DNA of 64,000 nt, taken from positions 29,842,338-29,906,337 of the forward strand of contig CM119263.1 in assembly GCA_051294375.1 (NCBI GenBank), written 5' to 3'. Below are positions 34,771-50,890 of the stretch, piece by piece. The notes beneath the pieces were generated by a model that was given only the letters and a program-made list of their open reading frames with translations, was not told the DNA's origin and did not search any database. The stretch's first letter is position 1; each line of letters opens with the position of its first letter. Position numbers and translations under genes: made by a program. The stretch is from Paraspadella gotoi (lineage: Eukaryota; Animalia; Chaetognatha).

Positions 34771-36043
34771 CCGTTGAGGGACGCATTATCGTTTCCGTAA
34801 CAACAGATTCTCTCATTATTCCAAGTTCCGCATGGGAACTATATTTTAAATATATAAAAATATTTTCAATCGAAAATAAAACGATGTAAATGAAACAATG
34901 AATTTAGCAAATTAGGGTTAGAGGTTGTATAAAAAAAGTTTTTTCTTACATCCATACTATTTATAACACTAATTGCCTAACATCTATACTACTAATTTTA
35001 ATAAATATAATACTACTTTATCCCCTTTCAGTTTCGTGGCCGGTCCCCCTAATTCAGACAGATGCTATCTTTTCGAAACGAACAGAAGAACGTGGAACAA
35101 AGCGTACCACTACTGCCACGCAGCGGGAGCCGCCTTAGTTACGATTGAAACAAAAGACGAAAATGATTTTGTCAAAGAAAAGATTATCGAAATAGGATAC
35201 GCGTTGGAAGATTTTTGGATCGGAGCTAGAAAGGTGATTTAAAAAAAACATTTTTCAATATTTCTCATCTAAAATACTTCTCATATCAGAAAAAGTTAAT
35301 TAGTAATCTAAGTAATATAAATGATATTAAATGATAATCCTTTATTATTTTCACAGAATTACGTTAATTATGATCACGATGGGGACCAACACGGATTTTT
35401 GCACAATGATTGGACATGGGTTCCTACAGGTAATATAATTTCATTTATTGTACACAAGTGTATATTGTATATTGTATACTGCAAAATGTCCAACTAATTA
35501 AATTTTCATTTTGTCGGAGAAAGATTGCTAATAAACCATTTATTTAATTGTATTTATCAGATCATAATCAAATTCATGTATTCTTTCATACATTGTTTAC
35601 ATTCATTCATTCATTATTTCAATTCATTGAATTCATTAAATTCCTTCAACTCAACCATTTACTCAATCATTTACTCATTCATTTGTTCATGCACTCATTC
35701 ATTCAATCCTTTCAATTAATTTGTTCAATTTATTCATTTAATTCATTCATTACTTCATTCAATTCATTCAATTCATTCATTCATTTCTTTAACCCAAACA
35801 GGTCGTCCGGTCACCTTCAACGACTGGGGTCGCTACAGCCTCATTCCCTTCATGACGCCTCGAACCTGCGGCATCCTTGCCAACGACTTCCGGTTCGGCA
35901 CCGGCGTCGTTTCGCGACGGGCGGCGCCATCCGGCCGCGACGCCGGCGCTGCAAACTTGGCACCGAAAAAAGAAGATTTTTGGTGGGAGAATCGATCCTG
36001 TTTGCGGACTCAGGCCTTTGTGTGCGAGATGAGCAGGGATTGA
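26941..36043 (+). CDS. Type II transmembrane C-type lectin (cytoplasmic tail, TM, coiled-coil neck, CTLD)
   Basis: Exons 26941-27169, 28207-28471 (TM CLLLLLKILLLFLFLFTVFVVVLYVVTV), 31274-31382, 33990-~34705 (E/R-rich neck IAALESRVAAL..., frameshifted in low-quality sequence, ends LWCPE), 35032-35233 (RCYLF...TWNKAYHYC...LVTIETKDENDFV...FWIG), 35357-35429, 35802-36043 (FNDW...CG...WENRSC...AFVCE). Phases are consistent except the unresolved donor near 34705. Confidence 0.8.
30385..31640. repeat. Tandem ~620-bp duplication across an N-gap, including two copies of a lectin exon; probable assembly artefact
   Basis: 30385-31000 vs 31026-31640 are near-identical with homopolymer indels; the first exon copy (30631-30740) is frameshifted. 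Confidence 0.75.
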
Positions 36044-36060
36044 AGAAAAAAGGCCGTCGA

Positions 36061-36094
<34 letters not shown>

Positions 36095-36537
36095 CTTTCC
36101 TCTTGGTTTTTTCTTACCCTTTTCTCTTCTCTTCTCTTTTTATTCCGATTTTCTTCCACTTTTTTCTCTTTTTCTTCTCTATTTTATCTTTTTCTTCTCT
36201 TTTTTCTTTTCTTTTTTCTTTTCTTTTTTCTTCTCTTTTCTCTCTCTTCCTACCTTCCTTTCCTTTCCCCCCCGTTTCTCTCTCCTTCCACTTTTCTTCT
36301 TTACTCTTCTCTCTCATTCCGATTCTAAAATTTTTATCTTCCTCCTCATTTTCTACTTTTATTTTCGCTTTTTTTTCTACATCTTTTTCTATTTTTCTCC
36401 TTCAACTTTAAATTTTTATTTCATCAGCCTACTTTCTCTCTATTTCTCTCTCTATTGTTCTTCTTCATCCCTTCCCCCTTCCCCCGTTTAGCCTTTAGAG
36501 TAGAAGTTAAAATTCGGTAGCTTTCTTTTTTGCTCTT

Positions 36538-36647
<110 letters not shown>

Positions 36648-36890
36648 TACATGGCGCGCTCTCTCTCCATTTACATTTTTTGTTACAATACCATTTGTAT
36701 ATACAATTTTACACTGTTTTTAATACTGTTGGTAAATTATATTCATGTCATCATCAAACTAGTTCCCTTTCATTGGACATAAAAGTTTTCAGATCTCATA
36801 AACTCTAGATAAAGTAGCAAACTTCTATTCTATTTTCATACTACGTCATATTGAAGTAATCCTTTCTTTTTCGTTGTTAGTAGTGATTAA

Positions 36891-36933
36891 AACGCTGATG
36901 AAGGCTTGAAAAGCAAGTCGAAACATGTCTGTT
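36891..36933 (+). ncRNA. Minimal type I hammerhead ribozyme (Penelope pLTR type), ~850 nt downstream of the lectin stop codon
   Basis: Stem I AACG/UGUU; CUGAUGA 36895-901; stem II GGCUUG/CAAGUC; GAAA 36920-23; CAUG; UC 36928-29; AATAAA near 36941. Confidence 0.85.
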
Positions 36934-38339
36934 CAATTTAAATAAAATTCGTTGCATACTACATCAAAAAATTTTGTTAAATCAACGCAAATAATTTATT
37001 CGATTAAATATTTCTATAAAAGGGGCACAAAACACAATCTAGAAGCAACGCAATCACGTGTGTCATTGTAACAATGTAACAAAAAACAAAATGTTTCATT
37101 TTCTTAAAAGTTTTTGTTATCCACGATTAAATCGCAAAAAGAAGTAAAACGAAATTCGGGGGGGGGGGGAAACAGCGCTACCACTTGTTTAGGATTAAAG
37201 ATAAATAAATAAAGCGAAATGGCAAAGATTTAGAAATTATCCGAAAAAGGTGGAACAAAAATATTCGTCTTTATAAAACTGAACAAAAATGCATTTTTTT
37301 TCTCTCGGGGTTAGATTTGAAACGAAACGATAGTTAACTAAATGGTTTAGCTATTGTATTACAGGATCTAACGAATAGTCTAACGGATCTAAAATGTAAA
37401 TATATCGAGCACTAAGTTTGTGTGTTTATAAATTTTTGGAGGCGATTCTCTCTGTTTTTGATTTTTTTTCTCTTCGTTTTTTTGTTTTATTTTTGCTAAA
37501 AAAGCTGAATGTTTATTTTTTTTCGTTTATAAGGCAACGCGTCGTTTAGTTGCGTGAAGCTTTTATGCGGCGAGGTTTGGCGGCGGCGGCGCGGGCTGCA
37601 GATGAATGCGATCTTGTGGTGTTTGTTCTGGATGAAACTGGTCAATGAATGTGATATTATTTGTTAATATCGGTGTGTGAAAAAGTAATAAACAAACAGT
37701 ATTTTACTTTTCATATTAAACTATAGCGTCTTAATATCCATCAAGCGTTCACAGCTTTTTAACTCATATAATTTTGCTGCAGCCGAATGAAAATATCAAT
37801 AATTTAATGATTAATTTATGACAAATGTTCTTACGGCTTAAGTGTAAAAATTTCGTTGCATGCGTGTTTGGAATATCTTGATAAGGTGATTGCTAATTAA
37901 TTGATTGATTGATTGATCGCTAATCGATTACTTCGTATTCCCGATGCTTGTTTCTCAAGTTTTTATGTTTGCACCTTCGCCCAAGTAGTATATTGCAGAT
38001 TAAGATTTTGATTAAGTTTAAATTCGTGTTTAAGTTTCGAAAGGATGTTAGAGATGAGAAAGCGAATTTAGATTTTTTAAAGAAAAAAGTCACGATGTCA
38101 TTTTGTTTCGCTTCGCTGTTTTTTTTTTCTTCTTTTTTTTCTCGATCGAATCCAAAACGCGCGGTTAAATTTGAATTAGTTCTTTGAATTAGTTTTGAAA
38201 AAGAGAAATTATATCTTCGGTCGTTTTAAAAAGATATTCTTTGGGTTTTTTTTGTTTTTTGCTTCTTTTTGCTTTTTTTGATCTTTTTTTAGTTTTGTTG
38301 CTTTTTTGATTTTTTTGCTCGTTTGTTTTGATTTAAGCA

Positions 38340-42120
<3,781 letters not shown>

Positions 42121-42142
42121 CTGGGGGAGAGGTTCGAGAGAG

Positions 42143-42191
<49 letters not shown>

Positions 42192-42193
42192 AG

Positions 42194-42228
<35 letters not shown>

Positions 42229-42964
42229 AAGAGCATAAAAACATTCATTTGTCCTAAAATATCTCTCAGAATAAATAACATTCAACCAGTTCTCGTAAGT
42301 TTCAGTAAAAAGTAAACTAAAATGTTTAAAAAAATACTTCACAACATAAAGAAATATCCCAAAATACATAGTATAATCGAACGTCAACTCTGTCTCTTAA
42401 AAAAAAGAGACGAATCTTCTTTTTTGATCACGTGACCGAATGTCTTCGTGCGTCGAACGGAATAGTCCATCCGGTCCTCCTCCTCCTCCTCCTCCTCCTC
42501 CTCCTCCTCCTCCTTTATCTATTCTCCCCATAGGGTAATGCTTTTTCGTGTTCATGAGAGAGAACTGCATTCCCAGCGTATTTCATGTTACCCAAAAAAA
42601 AAAAAACAAAAAAAATCCTTAGGACACTTCCCCTCCGCTTTCTCTTGAAGATCATTTGTTTTCTGCTTAGTTTTTGCATTTCAGTTTTTGGTCGGGAGAA
42701 GAGACAGGGTACGGAGTATGCATCCTGTTCGGCATTAGCCACTCGTCAGTGACAATTGCTACGCGGCTGTTACGCCTCTGCTACGGAATTTTGACTAACA
42801 GCTATGAGTCGATGAACCTCGTTACGCATTTTGCTACGCAGCTGGCGCTCCGCAGAAAGAAAAAAAAAAGTTCCACTCGCGAAAAAAAAGGTAAGTCAGA
42901 GTAAGTCAGGTAAAGTTTCCAAGTTTTAGAAAATTGGGGGAAAAGGTAAGTTTAGTTAGGCAAG

Positions 42965-43004
<40 letters not shown>

Positions 43005-43212
43005 AGAGGAGAAGAGAGAGAGAGAGAGAAGAGAGAGAAGAGAGAGAGAAGAAAAAAGTCAGGCGGCAAAGAAAAGTTTGGATATTTTTTATATTTTTTA
43101 TTTCCAGCCAGCCTTTTTTCCCTTTTCTTCCGTTTGCCTTTCGTAGCTTGTGCAGGAATTTTGACAGTTTTTTTCCCTCTCCTTCTTCCGTTCCTCTTCT
43201 CTCCTCTCTCTC

Positions 43213-43263
<51 letters not shown>

Positions 43264-43698
43264 CCTCTTCACCTCTCTCTCTCATCTCTCTCTGCTCTCT
43301 CTCATTTTTTCCCCCCGACATCCTTTTTTATTCTTCATGTTTCTTCTCAGCATGGGACTCTTCTTTGACTTAATGTCTCAATTATATCCTTTTTTCTCAA
43401 TTAATTAATTAAATGAACATCGAACAATGATTTTTAAAAATAAAGAAAACAAAAATAAATTAAGAGAAAATCAACATTTAATAATTCTCTTGTCCTAAAA
43501 GACAAACAAAGATTTTTTTCCGATTCTCCCGATTCCATCTTATTCTTTTTTTACTCGGCTCCACTCCGTTCCACTGCGCTCAATTCCTCGCTCCTTACAA
43601 ACGACTCCACTAAACTCTACGCTCCGCTTCATCGATCCACAAATTGGCTCCATGGCTTCACGACTCCATCAATCGCATTAATCGGCTCCAACTGCACC

Positions 43699-45265
43699 AT
43701 GGAACGGCTCCAACAAATTCGATGGGACAATAGATTTCCTTCTTTGCCGAGAGCGAGAGTCGTAAGGCGAAGAAGATCCCGAAGCGTAGGGGAAGTTAGG
43801 TAAGCAAGGGAGCTGCGGTGAGGGGGGTGAGGTAAGCAACGCCACTGCGAACGGGAAGGTGAAGTAAGCAAGGCCGCTGTGGAGAGGGGAGTGAGGTAAG
43901 CAACGCCACTACGAAGGGGAAGGTAAAGTAAGCAAGGCCGCTGCGGAGAGGGGAGTCAGGTAAGCAACGCCGCTGCGAAGGAGAAGTTAGGTAAGCAAGG
44001 CCGCTGCGGAATGGGGAGTGAAGTAAGCAAGTCCGGTATGGAGGGGAAGGTTAAGTAAGCAAGGCCGCTGTGGAAAGGGGAGTGAGATAAGCATCGCCGC
44101 TGAGGAGGGGAAGGTGATCGCAAATCTCCAACACCCCCTTGGGGCCTCATGGCCTTACCCTTATCCCATTAACCTCCTAGATTCGAGCGCGGCCTGACAG
44201 GCTCCACCTCGAAAGATCTTCAAGCGGCACACCTCCCCAACTATCTCGTCGACGGCGCGAATTCGCCGACGACCGTGATGGGTTATCGCGACGATGTTGA
44301 CGACGGCCTCGGCCGATACTACGGCGAACACCCCATGACGAGGTTACAGGATGTGATACGGAATTAATGATTTATTATTAGTAACGATTTATTATTAGTA
44401 ACGATTTATTATTAGTAATGATTGGACCGTGTAATGATTTCGTTGTGAGGAATTTCGTTGCAAAACAGTGTACATTAAGTAGTATCTATTCATTTAATAA
44501 ATAAGTGATCTTGACTCCTGGCTTTGGATAGGCAATGGTTGTTTAAGATAACATAGCAGGATCCTGGCAGCTTTTAATCAATACTCTCTCTCAGTCTAAA
44601 TAATTTTTTTTTCACTCCCCGAGTACTTGGCTTCCCTATCAATAAAGTAATATAAATTAAATAGAAAATAATGTAAATAATGTAAATGCAAATATAAATA
44701 GTTTCAGTTTCATTAAAGGACCACTACCCAGAGTGTTACTATTATTTATTATCCAATGTAAAGCGAGCAAAACGTAAGCCGAAAAAATCATCATAAGAGA
44801 AAGGTTGCTCTTTTTTTTGGGATCAGCGCCTCATTTATTTTTGTTTCCTCGATCGTTTTATCTTCATTTTCCATCTTCTTCATCTCGCGTATGAAGACTT
44901 GATTCGTTTTTTATTAAGATCATTATTACTTACTTATAAAACTAAACTATTCTCTTATCATTTGTTTTGAATATAATTCTACCCGTTTTTAATAATAATA
45001 ATACAAATAAATTCGTTGTCGGAAAACAAAACAAATATATTTTTTTATCTTAACACAACGTCTTCTCAGCGTTTTATTTCTTTCTACATCAATTAACCAC
45101 TCCATCTTTCTCCATCAGATCCCAATCCCATCAACAAATCTCATCGTCCACGCAACAACAACAACAACAACAACAACGACGACAAAGACGACGAGAAGAA
45201 CGAATCTCCTCGAGATATCGGGCCTCAGATTTGGACCTTACCTCTCGGAGGCCTCACCCGGCGAG
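43699..45265 (+). CDS. Exons of a low-complexity protein, possibly the N-terminus of the rhomboid gene
   Basis: 43699-43799 (MERLQQIRWDNRF...), 44181-44342 (FERGLTGSTSKDLQAAHLPNY...), 45119-45265 (SQSHQQ...HPA); all phase-2 junctions with AG/GT sites. No recognisable domain. Confidence 0.55.
43796..44115. repeat. ~27-30-bp (dimeric) GC-rich minisatellite starting at an exon donor
   Basis: About 10-11 units of GTAAGCAA(G/C)GCC(G/A)CTG...GGG(G/A)AG(G)T.A. Confidence 0.85.
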
Positions 45266-45737
45266 GTAAGGCCTTGACGGGTGTGGGGAAATAGGTCGGG
45301 TCAAAGGAAGAGGGTTCACTGAGAAGTCATGAAATGGGTCGGGTGAATCGAAGAGGACGAGACAATTTAAGAACTGATAGTTTGTGAGCCTCTTTCAAAG
45401 AATGAAGGCCAAAAGGTGTGAAAATATGAATTGGGTGAGACAAAGGTAAGAGCAAAAGGTAAGGCCATTTTTAGAATTGGGTGAGACAAAAGGTAAAGAG
45501 CAAAAGGTAAGGCCATTTTTAGAAGTTTATGGAAGCGCAACATCGTTATTACTAATTAGAAGGAAAAAAACTAAATTAAAATTTAAGGAGAAATCAATTT
45601 CGGTTATTTAATGAAAATTACAAATTGATTAAGATGAAAAATAAAAAAGGGAATAGTGAAGGTTGAGGATAAAAAAAGAGAGACGTTGTATAGATAAGGA
45701 AGACATTGTTTATTAGTATATATTACCCCACTATTCG

Positions 45738-45928
45738 TCAGAGAATCAGCAGCAAATCTCTCACGCACCTCCCAACCCTAAGGACCCGGGTTCGCGTCCT
45801 GCTGATGCATACAAAAAAGCTGGAGGGAGCTTCTAACCCGCCTGTAGTGTCTGACTAGTGACTATTGTCCCAGCTGAAGTTGTGAACCTTTCGTGCTCAG
45901 GAGGATGAACAGCTCACGACGCCTTTCA
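45738..45928 (+). mobile_element. tRNA-derived solo LTR or SINE related to the 2494-3147 element
   Basis: Shares CCTCCCAACC.(A)AGG.CC.GGGTTC and TAACCCGCCTGTA with the TRIM LTR; ATCAGCAG...CTGCTGAT closes a stem; mirrored at ~52270-52470. Confidence 0.6.
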
Positions 45929-46181
45929 AAATAGTATGAATAGAAAAAAGGCTTTAAAACCGTTTTTGGTATTTTTTTTTCACTCGGTGGTTGTGATGAA
46001 ATGAATCTTCTCTTGGTTTCACGGTGAAGTTTTTGAGGCTGAGAAAAGAATGAGTCCGCGATGCAACATCAGTCTTTGCCTCCGACGCAAAAACCTTTCG
46101 CTATTTTTAGTCTTTTCCCGCCCGACGTTAAACCGGGAAAAAAAAGAAAGGAAGAAAGAAAAAAAAAGGAAAGAAGGTAAA

Positions 46182-46348
46182 GGCTCTCTTTTCCTAGAGC
46201 GCCCCATTTCCCCATTATCCGGAAAATTAATATTAATTTAAATATGTTTTTAAACTTATAACCAAATCCCTAACCTTAATTCCTAACTTTAATCACTAAC
46301 CCAATTCCAAATTTAGGATAAAATGGGGCGTTCTAGGAAAATAAGGCC
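46182..46348. mobile_element. MITE with TIRs and CCCTAA-like core
   Basis: GGCTCTCTTTTCCTAGAGCGCCCCATTT ... AAATGGGGCGTTCTAGGAAAATAAGGCC. Confidence 0.7.
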
Positions 46349-49300
46349 GACTTTAATTGGATTTTTAAAAAAGTACTTTAATTTCGACAGAATGAGTCAA
46401 CGATTTGAAGGATGAACTCTTTCTTGACTTGAAATGAGATTTAGTTCTATAATCTCATTTGCATATTACCATATTCAATTAATTAAATTATTTCTTTTAG
46501 TGACATCCAAATTTGATAATGAAATTTTATTTGATGCAGGTATTCAATATAGTGATCTTCTCGTGAGGTATAATATGATTTTCAGCACAAATTAAAAAAA
46601 ACATAAGAAATAGATGACGAGATATCGTATTTTGTTAAAATACAAAATGGAATGAGTTGTCGTCCTAGTTTACTTCTTAACAAAATCACTCACATCCCAG
46701 TATTTTGGAATTTGTTACATATTTTCATTAATTTATGAGAGTCTCGAAACTCTAATCATCGAGTAAACAAAACATTTGTTACATTTTTACAACGACAAAC
46801 TTCCCATTTTGCTTTGGTTAAAACCTTAAAATTCGAGAAAATAATTTTTTTTGTGGAGAACAATGCGCAACATTGCATACATTTAGATAATTTTTTACTT
46901 CTCATTAATGATTTAAAAATAAACAAAGCTAATCCGGTTTGCTACGATAAAAAATAACGCATCCCTTATTATAAGAGCTTTTATAAACAATATATAAGAA
47001 AGTTAGAAAACGAAACGACTAAAATAGGTCGAAAAATAAACCCGAGAATGTGTTGCAATTAGAGATAACGATTTTAGGTAAAATTGCCTCAACTGTGACC
47101 TTCACTTTTTGTATGCGTCTTCGTTGTCATCATAGTCGTCGTTTTCGTCGTCGTTTTCCTTTTCTTCGTCGTCGTCGTCGTCGTCGTCGTCGTCGGCGTC
47201 GTCTTCGTCTTTACCGCGAATTTTGAAAATATAATTTGTTCCTTGTCGACCTTCCTAGTCTTTATCGTTATCTCTCTCTCTCTCTCTCTCTATCTTCATC
47301 TCTCCCTCCATCACTTCTCATCTCTCCNNNNNNNNNNNNNNNNNNNNNNNNNNNNNNNNNNNNNNNNNNNNNNNNNNNNNNNNNNNNNNNNNNNNNNNNN
47401 NNNNNNNNNNNNNNNNNNNNNNNNNNNNNNNNNNNNNNNNNNNNNNNNNNNNNNNNNNNNNNNNNNNNNNNNNNNNNNNNNNNNNNNNNNNNNNNNNNNN
47501 NNNNNNNNNNNNNNNNNNNNNNNNNNNNNNNNNNNNNNNNNNNNNNNNNNNNNNNNNNNNNNNNNNNNNNNNNNNNNNNNNNNNNNNNNNNNNNNNNNNN
47601 NNNNNNNNNNNNNNNNNNNNNNNNNNNNNNNNNNNNNNNNNNNNNNNNNNNNNNNNNNNNNNNNNNNNNNNNNNNNNNNNNNNNNNNNNNNNNNNNNNNN
47701 NNNNNNNNNNNNNNNNNNNNNNNNNNNNNNNNNNNNNNNNNNNNNNNNNNNNNNNNNNNNNNNNNNNNNNNNNNNNNNNNNNNNNNNNNNNNNNNNNNNN
47801 NNNNNNNNNNNNNNNNNNNNNNNNNNNNNNNNNNNNNNNNNNNNNNNNNNNNNNNNNNNNNNNNNNNNNNNNNNNNNNNNNNNNNNNNNNNNNNNNNNNN
47901 NNNNNNNNNNNNNNNNNNNNNNNNNNNNNNNNNNNNNNNNNNNNNNNNNNNNNNNNNNNNNNNNNNNNNNNNNNNNNNNNNNNNNNNNNNNNNNNNNNNN
48001 AAGGCGGAATATGAAAAAGAAACGATAAATGATGAATGCTAATTAATAAAAAATGATAAAGAATAAATTCTAAATATGGAAAATTAGTGGTAAGAATGTT
48101 ATGAATAATAAATTTTAAATGAGAAAATTAAATACTTGAGAAGTAGAAAGAGATAAAAAGATGAGATGATTATAAATATATTTTTTCAATAATTAACTAA
48201 TTATGCTATATTTATTAAAAACTATTCAAAAAATCATCGATAAATATTTATTGTTCAACAATAATAATGCATTATTTAATACTAATTTCTAATTCGTATA
48301 TAATTTTTTTAATAATGATTGCAACGATCATTGATTATTTCATTTCTTTATATTTCATATAATATATATTATATAGTTCTAATTCCACTTTGACTCCAGA
48401 TAGAAATCTACTATGAAATTAAATTCAATAGGGGCGNNNNNNNNNNNNNNNNNNNNNNNNNTCATATGGTATCACATATTTTTTAACTTAGAAAGAATTT
48501 AGAAAGAATGTTAGATGGACCTCAGACTGATTAAAGTTGTTAGTTGACCCCCTTTTTTCCTGTGACTTTTTGACTGTGTAACGCCGCGAGTAACTCATTT
48601 TTTCTGTCTGTCGTCGGTCATCGCGGGTTTTTTCGTCTGTCCGTTGCTTCTGTCTGTTCAAATTTGAAGGAAAGGCGAAGTACCATAAGAACTTTAATGT
48701 GATTTTTTCTCGTGAATAATGCTTCACGCCACAACAAGTCACTGCGATGCAAAACAGTTGAATTTGGTTTATAAACCATGGAGTTTATATTAAATTGAAA
48801 TTTTTTTCACTGACGACGCAAAATGAACTTTACCCAGAGATTGAACATGATCCTGTCATCGTCGTCAATGTACCACCCCGACACATGAATCCGTTTGGCT
48901 TCCGTCCTTCCAGGACCTGAACGTTGCTCGCGTTCTGCAGGGCCACGCCCACTGGAACACGAGACGAACAAGTAAATCTGGAGTAGGGGAGAACTAAACT
49001 CAATAAGGTGGTTAAGAAAATTGAATTAAAGCACCTCCTCAACGAAAAATTTAGACATTTTAAAAAAATTTGATAGACAAAATTTTTTTAATATTTACTC
49101 TTCCATACTCCATATATTAATTTTTTAATATTTATTTATAAAAGGAAAGGCCTAAAAATTTTTTTTGATTTTTTTGATTTTTTTAAGATCAGATTCAGGT
49201 AGCTTGCAAAAAGTTGTCTTTACACAAAGTATATTCCTTTTTTCGATTATTTGATCATAAGAATTGAAAAAATGAAAATACTATTTTATAAATCAATCAT

Positions 49301-50848
49301 CATCATCATTTCTCAATAATTATTACTTTTTTCTTAATTTTGAACAAGAATAAATATTTTTGAAAGTTGTATTAAATTTTATATTTAACTTTTTAATGCT
49401 CTATCAGAATCCATCAAAAAAAGTTAAGATTGATTAAAAAAATATTTTTATCAATTATAGTAATATTGTACATTTTAATAGCAAACAATAAAAGCATTAA
49501 ATCGAACTTTTTTAAAAAAATTCTTTTTTTACCTAAAAGTAGACTTCAAGACTAAAGTTTTGAACCCCCGCCCCTATTGAATTTAATTTCATAAGTAGAT
49601 TTCTATCTGGAGTCAAAGTGGAATTAGAACTATATAATATATATTATATGAAATATAAAGAAATGAAATATACAATGATCGTTGCAAATCATTATTAAAA
49701 AAATTATAATACGAATTAGAAATTAAGTAATTAAATAATGCATTATTATTGTTGAACAAGTAAATATTTACGATGATTTTAATAGTTTTTAAATAAATTT
49801 ATAGCAATTAGTTAATTAATTGAAAAAATATATAAAATCATCTCATCTTTTTTATCTCTTTCTACTTCTCAAGTATTAATTTTCTCATTTAAAATTTTTA
49901 TTATTCATAACATTCTTACCACTAATTTTCCATATTTTAGAATTTATCCTTTTATATCATTTTTTATTAATTAGCAATTCATCATTTATCGTTTCTTTTT
50001 CATATTCCCGCCTTAATTTTTTAATTCCTTTAACTTTGACTCATTTCTTTCAATTCACAATGGGACTTTTCTCATTCTTCATCGCCTCCTCTCCTCCTCT
50101 CCTGCCTTCTCCAACTCCTCACGTCTTCTTCACAATCAATTTTCTCACTCATGTCTTGTCTCCATCTCACTCACACCATCTCACTTCTCCATCTCACTTC
50201 AACACACTTCGTCGATCTCACTCCCTCACCTATTCTTTCCCCTCTCCTCTCTCTCTCTCATCTCTCTCTCTATCTCTCTCTCATCTCTCCTGCTCCTCTC
50301 TCTCTCTCTTCTCTCTGTTCCCCCTCCTTCTTTTTCGTGACCTTTTCCTCACCCTTACATTCCTTCCTCTTTTCACGCCTCCACCTTCCTACCCCCAACC
50401 CCGATCCCATTACCCCCTTTAAACCCCTTTGCACCCCTCACGGCCCTCAATCCCCTCTCACTCCCCCAATCCCCTCTTACTCCCCAATCCCCTCTAACCC
50501 CCCCAAACCCCTCTCACTCTTTTCCCCATCCCTCTCACTCCCCCAATCCCTCTGCTTATCTCTTCCCATCCCTCTAACCCCCAAAAATCCTCCTCTCACC
50601 CCCATCCCCTCTCACCCCTCCAATGCCCTCTACCCCTCTCCCCCAATGAAGGGATGCCCCGATGTCCAGCGGTTCCGTTCCCCTGAGGAAGAACCCCATA
50701 AAGACGGAATCCCTGAGTCGCATCCAACCTGAGAAAAAACCAAACACACCATTTGTTTATCGTACCATGGAAACGCGGCGCGGCTAAAGAAAAGGCGCGC
50801 GCGCGTAGATAGAGAGAGAGAGAGAAGAGAGAGAGAAGAGAGAGAGAG

Positions 50849-50890
<42 letters not shown>

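Noticed and set aside
42700-42755. Minus-strand hammerhead-like CTGACGAGTGGCTAATGCCGAACAGG...CCTGTC
   Set aside because: The core has GAAC instead of GAAA and no stem I pairing.
47236-48042. 260-aa ORFs
   Set aside because: They run through an N-gap.
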